Assembly: GCA_964468465.1 (NCBI GenBank)
Contig: CAYXVM010000001.1
Coordinates: forward strand, 1 to 34,626
Direction of reading: 5' to 3'
Origin: an uncultured Clostridium sp.
Lineage (GTDB): Bacteria > Bacillota > Clostridia > Oscillospirales > Acutalibacteraceae
DNA: 34,626 nucleotides
A program made the translations under genes and the position numbers. This document shows positions 9,680-17,263 of the stretch, piece by piece (the stretch's first letter is position 1; each line of letters starts with the position of its first letter). A model generated the notes under the pieces. The model saw only the letters and a list, made by a program, of their open reading frames with translations, ran no database searches and was not told the DNA's origin.

Positions 9680-9708
9680 TCATATTTGTCCAACAATTTC
9701 TATAGAAT
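9680..9708 (+). promoter_or_regulatory. Candidate sigmaE (mother-cell) promoter for yaaL-bofA
   Basis: TCATATT-14 bp-TATAGAAT resembles the sigmaE consensus, and bofA is sigmaE-controlled in B. subtilis. Confidence 0.5.
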
Positions 9709-9729
9709 ATTTACGGGAGGACGGAAAAT

Positions 9730-10011
9730 ATGGAAAAATTTTTGGATTCGGCTAAGATTTTTTATTATGAAAGGATAAAAAAGCCTGCGCCCGCTGTTCA
9801 GGACGGAATTTTGCAACAGATCAGAGAAACCTCGGTTAAGCTTCAGAATGCCTATGCACGATTTGAAAATGAGAGCAATGAAGACTTGATTGATTCGATA
9901 ATCTATGAGATTCAGTCGCTCAGAGCGCTCTACAGATATCTCATCAAGCAGGCGAAGCAGAACGGAATCGAATGCGCCGAAATATCGGTTTTCGGCAAGG
10001 AGGTTATCTGA
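9730..10011 (+). CDS. YaaL/DUF2508-family protein
   Basis: F...DLIDSIIYEIQSL...YRYLIKQAK motif, immediately upstream of bofA as in Bacillus. Confidence 0.8.
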   Translation: MEKFLDSAKIFYYERIKKPAPAVQDGILQQIRETSVKLQNAYARFENESNEDLIDSIIYEIQSLRALYRYLIKQAKQNGIECAEISVFGKEVI

Positions 10012-10268
10012 TGAACGGCTGGTTTATTTCGGCGGCGGCAGTCAGCGCCGTGAGCGTGCTTTGGTGGACGGTGAAAAGCGAAAAAGGGGCGTCGAGCCTT
10101 GCACTTTCGGCGCTCCAGGGGATAGCGGCAATGTTCGCCGTCAACCTTGCGGGGCTTGCGACGGGAGTGACGGTTGCCATTAATTGGTATACAATCGGAA
10201 CGGCGGCGTTGCTCGGTCTGCCCGGTGTAATAGGAACTCTTGCACTTAATTTCATTTTTGCGGTATGA
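10011..10268 (+). CDS. bofA: Pro-sigmaK processing inhibitor BofA family
   Basis: Small hydrophobic protein with AINWYT...LLGLPG. Its ATG overlaps the yaaL stop (TGATG). Confidence 0.8.
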   Translation: MNGWFISAAAVSAVSVLWWTVKSEKGASSLALSALQGIAAMFAVNLAGLATGVTVAINWYTIGTAALLGLPGVIGTLALNFIFAV

Positions 10269-10272
10269 ACAT

Positions 10273-10312
10273 AAAAAGACGGACGAATGCCTGAAATCGG
10301 CAGCCGTCCGTG
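10273..10312. terminator. Hairpin between convergent bofA and SDR genes
   Basis: acggacg..tgcc..ggca..cgtccgt, preceded by an A run (U tract on the minus strand). Confidence 0.55.
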
Positions 10313-10326
10313 TTGAAATTTATTTA

Positions 10327-11076
10327 TCAGACCTGAGTTGCTCCGTCAACCGAGAGAATTTCTCCGGTTACATAGCTTGCCATATCGCTTGCAAGGAATA
10401 CGAAACAATCGGCTACTTCTTCGGGTTCACCGACTCTGCCGAGAGGGATTCCCGCTGAAATCCTTGCAACCATCTCCGGGGGAAGAGCTGCAACCATGTC
10501 GGTTCTTGTTACGCCGGGAGCAACGGCATTAACTCTGATGTTATCTTTGCCAAGCTCTCTTGCGAGGGATTTTGTAAGTCCGTTAACCGCAAATTTTGAT
10601 GTGGGATATCCGACACCTGCCGCCTGACCGTAAATGCTGACCATTGAGCTTGTGTTGATGATTGAGCCGCCGCCTTGAGCTTTCATTATCGGAGCTACTG
10701 CTCTTGTGCAGTTGAAAACCGCTTTAACATTTATATCCATAATGTTTTCAAATGCTTCGGGGGAGTATTCATAGAAGGAATCCCTTGCAGAAATACCCGC
10801 ATTGTTGGCAAGAATGTCAATTCTGCCGAATTCTGCCTTGACAGCTTCAATTGCTTTTGTAACCTCATCAATGCTTTTGAGGTCGGGGCAAAGGCCGATA
10901 ACCGGATAATCAGCATTGTCAGCCTTGAGGCTTGCAAGAGCCTTGTCAACCGTTTCCTGTCTTGAGCCGAAAAGTGCAACTTTTGCGCCGTTGTCAAGAA
11001 ACTTCTTGACTATGGAATAGCCTATTCCTCTGGTTCCGCCGGTTACAATTGCAACCTTGTCTTTTAATAAATTCAT
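10327..11076 (-). CDS. SDR-family oxidoreductase, BaiA/3alpha-hydroxysteroid dehydrogenase-like
   Basis: TGGTRGIG, NNAG, catalytic S and YPTSK, 249 aa. It resembles, from memory, gut Clostridia 3alpha-HSDHs. Confidence 0.8.
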   Translation of the reverse strand: MNLLKDKVAIVTGGTRGIGYSIVKKFLDNGAKVALFGSRQETVDKALASLKADNADYPVIGLCPDLKSIDEVTKAIEAVKAEFGRIDILANNAGISARDSFYEYSPEAFENIMDINVKAVFNCTRAVAPIMKAQGGGSIINTSSMVSIYGQAAGVGYPTSKFAVNGLTKSLARELGKDNIRVNAVAPGVTRTDMVAALPPEMVARISAGIPLGRVGEPEEVADCFVFLASDMASYVTGEILSVDGATQV

Positions 11077-11099
11077 TTTTGGTTCCTTCTTTCTTTTGT

Positions 11100-12761
11100 T
11101 TATTTAATATTATTATTCATAATAATACCTTTTTTGATGTTGAAAACGAAATTGCAGATTTCTCCGCCCTGCTCTGTCTTGATTTTGATAACATCTCTGT
11201 CAAGATATTCGGCGTCAAGAATCTTTTTGTCGGTCTTTCTGAGATATTTTTTCAGCCTTTCGGTCTGAGTTTCATCATATGCGCCTGCGTTATCCGAAAC
11301 GAAAAGCACATTACCGCAAAGATTGTTTATTTCGGCAAGAAGAACCTTTTGCTCATCGTTGAATTTGAGATTGTCGTTTCTGAGGAAGAAAACATCGGGG
11401 TCGTTCATGAATGCCCTGCCGTTGAGGTGACGGCGGAAAACGGAATTTGTTATTGCGTTCTGAGCGCTCGGAACCTCATTTGAAACATTCACTTTGTTAT
11501 ATATTTTGCCGCAATAATCAAGGTCAACATCGCAGCTTATGCGGCAGGCGTCAACAATTCCGAGAGCCGAGCCCAAGGGAACGCCGCAACCGAGAATAAG
11601 CTTGTCGCCGACGCATTCTCTGAGCAGAAGCATGGCGTCGTGCATTATTTCGCCCCTGCATTTTCCCGCTCTCGGAATCATGCATTCGCTGTAGAGAAAG
11701 TCGAGCTTAACCATGTCGTAACCCCATTCGTTGAGAACAACATCAAAGAATTTCTTGATGTATGCTCTTGCTTCGGGATTATAGATATCGAGCGTGTAAG
11801 CGCCGCCCCAGCCCAAACAGCCGAGCATGGGCTTTCCATTTTCTTTGATAAGCCAGTCGGGATGAAGCTTCGCAGTTTGCGAAGCCCTCTGACAGCTGAA
11901 CGGAGCGAGCCATATGCCCGCATTGTAGCCCTTGTCATGGATTTTATCGGCAATGTATTTCATTCCGTGAGGGAATTTTTTTGGGTCGGGAACAAGCCAG
12001 TCTCCGACGAAGCTTTCATATCCGTCATCAATCTGAAAGATTGAAACCTCATCTTTTACTCTGTCAAGACCGTTAAGGTCACGCAGAATGATTCCCTCAT
12101 CGATTTTCTGAAAATAGTTATACCATGAGGTGTAGCCGCTCATGCAGCGGTTCCTTGCTTCGGGCATGGGAGTGAGCGAAAAATATTTGTCAAAAACTTC
12201 GTCATAGCCGCCCTCATAATAAACAATATCAAAAACCTGCCAGGGTTCTTCTACGATTTTGCCCAGAGCGTCCTTGTGAATTGAGAAATAATTCTCGTTC
12301 ATCCTGACTTTAAAATATGTGAATCCCGTTTTTTCGCTCAGCGAACCCCAGAATTTAACTCTGCCGCCGTTTTTTATGTAAGTGTAGCAATGGCTGTGAA
12401 ATTCTCCGGGCTTCTGAGTGTATTTAACTATTCTTTCATCGCTTGCGAGCCTTGCAAGGTCTTTTGTCAGCTTGGTTATTCCCGCAAGCTTTGTAATGCC
12501 CTTCTGAATTTCGTCGGCTTTATATTCCCTTGTAGTTGTCCATGATTGGTAGCCGCCCGCAAAGAAGCAGTCGCCTTTTTTGAATTCATAAGGAAATTCA
12601 ACATAAAAATCAACAAGCTCAAACGGCTTCTTAGGTTTCATAACAACAGAAAAACGGCTTTCATTATCAACAATATCAAGCGAAAAGAAATCGTTTTCCG
12701 TTTCGTTTGTAACAACGGTACTGCTGCCGGATTTGAATGAAATGATGTATTTCTTATCCAT
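11100..12761 (-). CDS. GH36-type alpha-galactosidase
   Basis: SWYNY, FQIDDGY, KFPHG, GIWLAPF, KLDF nucleophile motif, RISCD, NDPD. Confidence 0.85.
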   Translation of the reverse strand: MDKKYIISFKSGSSTVVTNETENDFFSLDIVDNESRFSVVMKPKKPFELVDFYVEFPYEFKKGDCFFAGGYQSWTTTREYKADEIQKGITKLAGITKLTKDLARLASDERIVKYTQKPGEFHSHCYTYIKNGGRVKFWGSLSEKTGFTYFKVRMNENYFSIHKDALGKIVEEPWQVFDIVYYEGGYDEVFDKYFSLTPMPEARNRCMSGYTSWYNYFQKIDEGIILRDLNGLDRVKDEVSIFQIDDGYESFVGDWLVPDPKKFPHGMKYIADKIHDKGYNAGIWLAPFSCQRASQTAKLHPDWLIKENGKPMLGCLGWGGAYTLDIYNPEARAYIKKFFDVVLNEWGYDMVKLDFLYSECMIPRAGKCRGEIMHDAMLLLRECVGDKLILGCGVPLGSALGIVDACRISCDVDLDYCGKIYNKVNVSNEVPSAQNAITNSVFRRHLNGRAFMNDPDVFFLRNDNLKFNDEQKVLLAEINNLCGNVLFVSDNAGAYDETQTERLKKYLRKTDKKILDAEYLDRDVIKIKTEQGGEICNFVFNIKKGIIMNNNIK

Positions 12762-12796
12762 GACGCACCTCCGAAGATGTGTATATTATTACCATA

Positions 12797-12825
12797 ATTA
12801 TAACAGACGCCGCCGATTAATTCAA
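12797..12825 (-). promoter_or_regulatory. SigmaA promoter for GH36-SDR
   Basis: TTGAAT-17 bp-TATAAT with extended TG. Confidence 0.65.
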
Positions 12826-12855
12826 GAATTATATTATGTGTTCAGAGAAAAAGAG

Positions 12856-12882
12856 TTGGCACTCTTGGCAATCGAGTGCTAA
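12856..12882. promoter_or_regulatory. CIRCE element (HrcA operator) upstream of htpG
   Basis: TTGGCACTC-N9-GAGTGCTAA has one mismatch to the consensus TTAGCACTC-N9-GAGTGCTAA. Confidence 0.9.
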
Positions 12883-12976
12883 TTTTTACAGTTTATTCAA
12901 ATTTTGTTAACAGTATTTGGCTCTGAAAGTAGTATACTGACTCTCGTAGAAAATTTTAACGAACAGGTGATGTAAA

Positions 12977-14866
12977 ATGCGAACAAAACAGTTTAAGTCA
13001 GAATCCAAAAAGCTCCTTGATATGATGATTAATTCTATCTACACCCACAAGGAGATATTCCTGCGTGAAATCATTTCAAACGCTTCGGACGCTTTGGATA
13101 AGCTTTATTTCCGCTCGCTGACCGACCCGTCGGTCGGACTTAATGCCGACGATTTTGTTATCCGCATTGAGCTTGACAAGGATAACGGCATCATCAGAGT
13201 TATCGATAACGGCTGCGGAATGACAGAGGAGGAGCTTGACAGCAACCTCGGCACGATTGCAAAGAGCGGTTCGCTCGCTTTCAAAAATGAAAACGAAAAA
13301 ACCGAGGATGTTGATATCATCGGTCAGTTCGGCGTCGGATTCTATTCGGCATTCATGGTCAGCGATAAGGTTACCGTTGAGACAAAGGCTTTCGGCAGCG
13401 ATCAGGCGTTCCGCTGGGAGTCGAGCGGCGCATCTGGCTACACAATCGAGCCCTGCGAAAAAGAGAGCTTCGGAACAACCGTCACCATGCACCTGAAGGA
13501 TGACACCGAGGACGAATGCTACAGCGAATTTCTTGATCAATACAAAATAAGCCAACTTGTCAAGAAGTATTCCGATTATATCCGCCACCCGATTCAGATG
13601 GAGTTCACAACGAGCAAGCCTGTTGAGGGCAAAGACGGCGAATATGAGGATGTTACCGAGCTTCGCACTCTCAACAGCAGAATTCCGCTTTGGAAGAAGA
13701 ACCGCTCCGAGATAAAGCCCGAGGAATACAACAGCTTCTATAAAGAAAAATATTATGATTTTGAAGATCCCGCAAAGGTTATCCACACCAGCGTTGAGGG
13801 TCAGGCAACATATCATGCCCTGATGTTCATTCCCAAGCACGCTCCGTTTGACTATTACACCAAGGACTATGAAAAGGGACTTCAGCTCTACTCAAAGGGC
13901 GTTCTGATAATGGAAAAATGCGGTGATTTGCTGCCGGATTATTTCAGCTTTGTCAAGGGACTTGTTGACAGCGAGGATCTTTCGCTGAATATCTCCCGTG
14001 AAATGCTTCAGCATGACAGGCAGTTAAAACTCATTGCAAAAACCATTGAAAAGAAAATCAGAACCGAGCTTGATAAAATGCTCAAAAACGAGCGTGAAGC
14101 CTATGAGGAATTTTTCAAGACGTTCGGAATTCAGCTTAAATTCGGCGTTTACAGCGACTACGGCGCACACAAGGACGATCTGAAAGACCTGTTGATGTTC
14201 ATTTCATCAAACGAGAAAAAATATGTTACCCTCAAAGAATATGTTGACAGAATGAAAGAGGGTCAGGACACTATCTATTATGCCTGCGGCGAAACGGTTG
14301 AGAAGATTGAAATGCTTCCGCAGTGCGACGCCGTTAAAGAAAAGGGCTATGAGGTTCTTTATCTGACCGAATATGTTGACGAATTTGCTCTCAAGATGAT
14401 GGGCGAATATGAGGGCAAGAAGTTTATGAATATCTGCGACGAGGAGCTTGACCTCGGAACGGAGGATGAGAAAAAAGCGCTTGAAAGCGAAAACGAGCAG
14501 GCAAAAGAAATGTTTGAAGAAATGAAAAACGCAATCGGCGATTCGATAAGCTCGGTTCGTTTCACGGGCAAGCTGAAAAATCATCCCGTTTGCCTGACGA
14601 GCGAGGGCGGTATTTCTCTTGAAATGGAAAAAACTCTCAATTCAATGCCCGGTGCAAAGGATAATCAGGTCAAGGCTCAGCTTGTGCTTGAAATCAACGC
14701 CGAACATCCGATTGCCGAAAAGCTCAGGACGCTTTATAACGAGGATAAAGAGGCTCTCGGCAAATACGCAAAAATCCTTTACGGCGAGGCCTGCCTCATC
14801 GGCGGCAGACGCATTGACGATCCCGTTGAGCACAGCAGGCTTATTTGCGAGCTGATGACAAAGTAA
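12977..14866 (+). CDS. htpG: Molecular chaperone HtpG (Hsp90)
   Basis: SIYTHKEIFLREIISNASDALDK, DNGCGM, NLGTIAKSG, IGQFGVGFYSAF, LNISREMLQ. Confidence 0.98.
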   Translation: MRTKQFKSESKKLLDMMINSIYTHKEIFLREIISNASDALDKLYFRSLTDPSVGLNADDFVIRIELDKDNGIIRVIDNGCGMTEEELDSNLGTIAKSGSLAFKNENEKTEDVDIIGQFGVGFYSAFMVSDKVTVETKAFGSDQAFRWESSGASGYTIEPCEKESFGTTVTMHLKDDTEDECYSEFLDQYKISQLVKKYSDYIRHPIQMEFTTSKPVEGKDGEYEDVTELRTLNSRIPLWKKNRSEIKPEEYNSFYKEKYYDFEDPAKVIHTSVEGQATYHALMFIPKHAPFDYYTKDYEKGLQLYSKGVLIMEKCGDLLPDYFSFVKGLVDSEDLSLNISREMLQHDRQLKLIAKTIEKKIRTELDKMLKNEREAYEEFFKTFGIQLKFGVYSDYGAHKDDLKDLLMFISSNEKKYVTLKEYVDRMKEGQDTIYYACGETVEKIEMLPQCDAVKEKGYEVLYLTEYVDEFALKMMGEYEGKKFMNICDEELDLGTEDEKKALESENEQAKEMFEEMKNAIGDSISSVRFTGKLKNHPVCLTSEGGISLEMEKTLNSMPGAKDNQVKAQLVLEINAEHPIAEKLRTLYNEDKEALGKYAKILYGEACLIGGRRIDDPVEHSRLICELMTK

Positions 14867-14872
14867 TATAGC

Positions 14873-15129
14873 ATGGGACTGCCGCACTGAGCGAAGACCA
14901 AAAGGAACAGATTTAATAGGATGATTAAAAGCAGCTTGTATTATCGGCTTATCACCGTTAAATACAGGTTGCTTTTATTCTCTGTTGGAGAATGTAATAT
15001 ATATTGTTCCTTTTTAGCCGTTTTTTCCGACTCGGAGTATCTTGATACGCCTTCGTCGGAAGAAAACGGCTTCTTCATCTTATTGCGACAGACCCGTCTT
15101 TTTGCTACGAACGGGCGGCCCCATTTTTT
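14873..15129 (+). other. Multibranch structured non-coding element (ncRNA or MITE-like repeat)
   Basis: Nested stems: ends 14873-14898 with about 15096-15124, 14900-14909/15005-15014, 14927-14942/14961-14976, 14977-14993, and 15016-15031/15055-15071, followed by a T run. Confidence 0.6.
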
Positions 15130-15145
15130 GCCGTGTTCGGCTTGC

Positions 15146-15173
15146 TTGACTTTTAATCTGTATGTGATATTAT
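15146..15173 (+). promoter_or_regulatory. SigmaA promoter for radical SAM gene 1
   Basis: TTGACT-16 bp-TATTAT with TG extension. Confidence 0.55.
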
Positions 15174-15206
15174 ATTAATCGGTATATTAAATATAAAGGT
15201 CGTGAT

Positions 15207-17141
15207 TTGTTGCCGGAGCGCAAGAATGTTTATTTTGTTCAGGTCGATGTTTCCTCAGGCGGGGAATCAAAGGTCGTTTATCTGCCGTATACGGCGGGTG
15301 TGATTGTTGCAAATGCCTGGCGCAGCAGCCGGGTTGCTTCGGCATACGAATTCAAGGAATTCATTTTCCTGCGGAGCAATATAGAAAAGACGGCTTCGGA
15401 GCTTGAAAATCCAAAGGTTGTCGGCTTTTCAAATTATTGCTGGAACACCGAGTATAACCTTGCTCTTGCGGCGGAAATCAAGAAGAAATATCCCGATTGC
15501 ATAACCGTTTTCGGCGGTCACAACATTCCAAAAAATGTTTCTTTTCTTGAAGATAATCCGCAGGTTGATTATCTCAGCTTCGGTGAGGGAGAAATAACCT
15601 TCGGTGCGCTGCTTGAAGCGCTTGACGGCGGAGATGTTTCCGAAGTTGCAAATATAGCTTACCGCACGGAAAACGGATGCGTTATGACCGAAGAAAAGCA
15701 GCTTTGCAGCTTAGATTATGCATCGCCCTATCTTGACGGCTGGTTTGACGGCTTTGCGGAAAAATATCCCGACATTGAGTTCAATTCGATTCTTGAAACA
15801 AGCAGGGGATGCCCGAACAGATGCGCCTATTGCGATTGGGGTCTGCTTAAAGAAAAAACAAGATTTTTCCCTCTTGAAAAGGTGCTTGCGGAGATTGAAT
15901 GGCTCGGCAGAAACAAAATCAGATTTGTCTGGGGAGCGGACGCCAATTTCGGCATAAGCCCGAACGATTTGATTATTGCAGATGCAATTGTTGCGGCAAA
16001 AGAAAAATACGGTTATCCCGAAAGGGTCAGAATAAACTATTCCAAGGGCAATTTTGAGAGAGTGCGTGAAATCGTTCGCCGCTTTAACCGCAAGGGCATC
16101 GACAGGGCGGGCGCAACGATATCGCTTCAAAGCCTTTCGCCGCAGGTGCTTGAAAACATCGGCAGAAAGAATATGTCGCTTGAACGCTTTCAAAGCAGCT
16201 TCGGGGTTTATCACGAGGAGAATCTGCAGGTTTATTCCGAGCTTATTCTCGGCTTGCCAGGCGAGAGCTACGACAGCTTCGTTGACGGAATCTGCAAGCT
16301 TTTTGAAATCGGTCAGCATTTCATTTTTGAGGTGTATAACTGCATTGTCTTGCCCAATTCAATTCTCGGTCAAAAGGATTATATGAAAAAATTCGGGATT
16401 GAGACAACCAACACCGAGATTGTGCGCTACCATTGCGCTTCGGATGCTTATTATATTCCCGAAAAAATTAATATTATAACCCGAACCGATTCCATGCCCT
16501 GCGAAATGTGGCAAAAGAGTGCAGTTTTTGCGGGCGTTGTTCAGGCAATGCACGGCTGCGGTCTGCTTCGTTGCTTTGCAATTTATGCGTTTTATGAGCT
16601 TCACAAGAGCTATCGAAGCTTTTATGAGGGCTTGATTGAATTTATCGAGAGCGGAAATGCACCCTTAACCTATAAGGCTTACTGTAGGGTCAAAAGCTAC
16701 TTTGCCGACCTTGCCCGGGGCGAAAATCCACGGCTTTGCGTTCCGTTTGCAGGTAATCTCGTTTGGGAGAATTATGAGTATATTTTCCTCACTCTTTGTG
16801 CGGAGCTTGACGGCTTCTATTCGGAAATGATGCCTTATCTTGGCGAGGTAATTGAAAATTCCGACATTCTTTCTCAGCTTCTTGCTTATCAGAAAGCAGT
16901 TCTGAGAAAACCGTGCGAGAGGAGCAGCGAATGCTTCACTGATTATGATTTTCAAAGCTATTTCAATGGCGTTTATATCAACGAATACCGCCCGCCCGTA
17001 AACGGAAAATTCAAAACTGTTTTTGCCGACAGCGACCCTGCCTCGGATTGGGAGGAATTCGGCAAAAAGGTTGTCTGGTACGGCAAAATGGGCAGTAAAT
17101 CGTATAAAGATAAATCAGAAGTTACGCTTGTTGAGGAATAG
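15207..17141 (+). CDS. Cobalamin-dependent radical SAM protein (paralog 1)
   Basis: N-terminal B12-binding Rossmann domain (YLPY, VVGFSNY, VFGGH, GEGE), ETSRGCPNRCAYC (CX3CX2C), DANFG, ELILGLPGES. TTG start. Confidence 0.9.
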   Translation: MLPERKNVYFVQVDVSSGGESKVVYLPYTAGVIVANAWRSSRVASAYEFKEFIFLRSNIEKTASELENPKVVGFSNYCWNTEYNLALAAEIKKKYPDCITVFGGHNIPKNVSFLEDNPQVDYLSFGEGEITFGALLEALDGGDVSEVANIAYRTENGCVMTEEKQLCSLDYASPYLDGWFDGFAEKYPDIEFNSILETSRGCPNRCAYCDWGLLKEKTRFFPLEKVLAEIEWLGRNKIRFVWGADANFGISPNDLIIADAIVAAKEKYGYPERVRINYSKGNFERVREIVRRFNRKGIDRAGATISLQSLSPQVLENIGRKNMSLERFQSSFGVYHEENLQVYSELILGLPGESYDSFVDGICKLFEIGQHFIFEVYNCIVLPNSILGQKDYMKKFGIETTNTEIVRYHCASDAYYIPEKINIITRTDSMPCEMWQKSAVFAGVVQAMHGCGLLRCFAIYAFYELHKSYRSFYEGLIEFIESGNAPLTYKAYCRVKSYFADLARGENPRLCVPFAGNLVWENYEYIFLTLCAELDGFYSEMMPYLGEVIENSDILSQLLAYQKAVLRKPCERSSECFTDYDFQSYFNGVYINEYRPPVNGKFKTVFADSDPASDWEEFGKKVVWYGKMGSKSYKDKSEVTLVEE

Positions 17142-17187
17142 GAAAACGCAGAAATAAAGCAAAAGATGTAAAGATAATATACTTTAC

Positions 17188-17241
17188 AAAAAGAAAGAGT
17201 GTATCAAAAATCCGACAATCGGGCTTTGATACACTCTTTTT
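17188..17241. terminator. Bidirectional terminator between the two radical SAM genes
   Basis: 15-bp perfect stem aaagagtgtatcaaa (17194-17208) / tttgatacactcttt (17225-17239), with A and T flanks. Confidence 0.85.
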
Positions 17242-17263
17242 GTTGATATTATTGAAATTCAGC

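Noticed and set aside
12818-12842. dif-like sequence (TTCAAGAATTATATTATGTG)
   Set aside because: It resembles Firmicute dif, but the central region is 5 bp rather than 6, the XerD arm diverges, and it overlaps an AT-rich promoter.
13076-14584. Long antisense ORFs inside htpG, and likewise 31664-32293 opposite potA and other nested ORFs
   Set aside because: These are shadow frames of well-supported genes, with no RBS or motifs.
14921-15178. 85 aa ORF in the track
   Set aside because: No recognisable domain. It overlaps the structured element and the next promoter.
17168-17188. Palindrome TGTAAAG-ataatata-CTTTACA between the radical SAM genes
   Set aside because: It is short, AT-rich and located between 3' ends with no promoter context, so no function can be supported.
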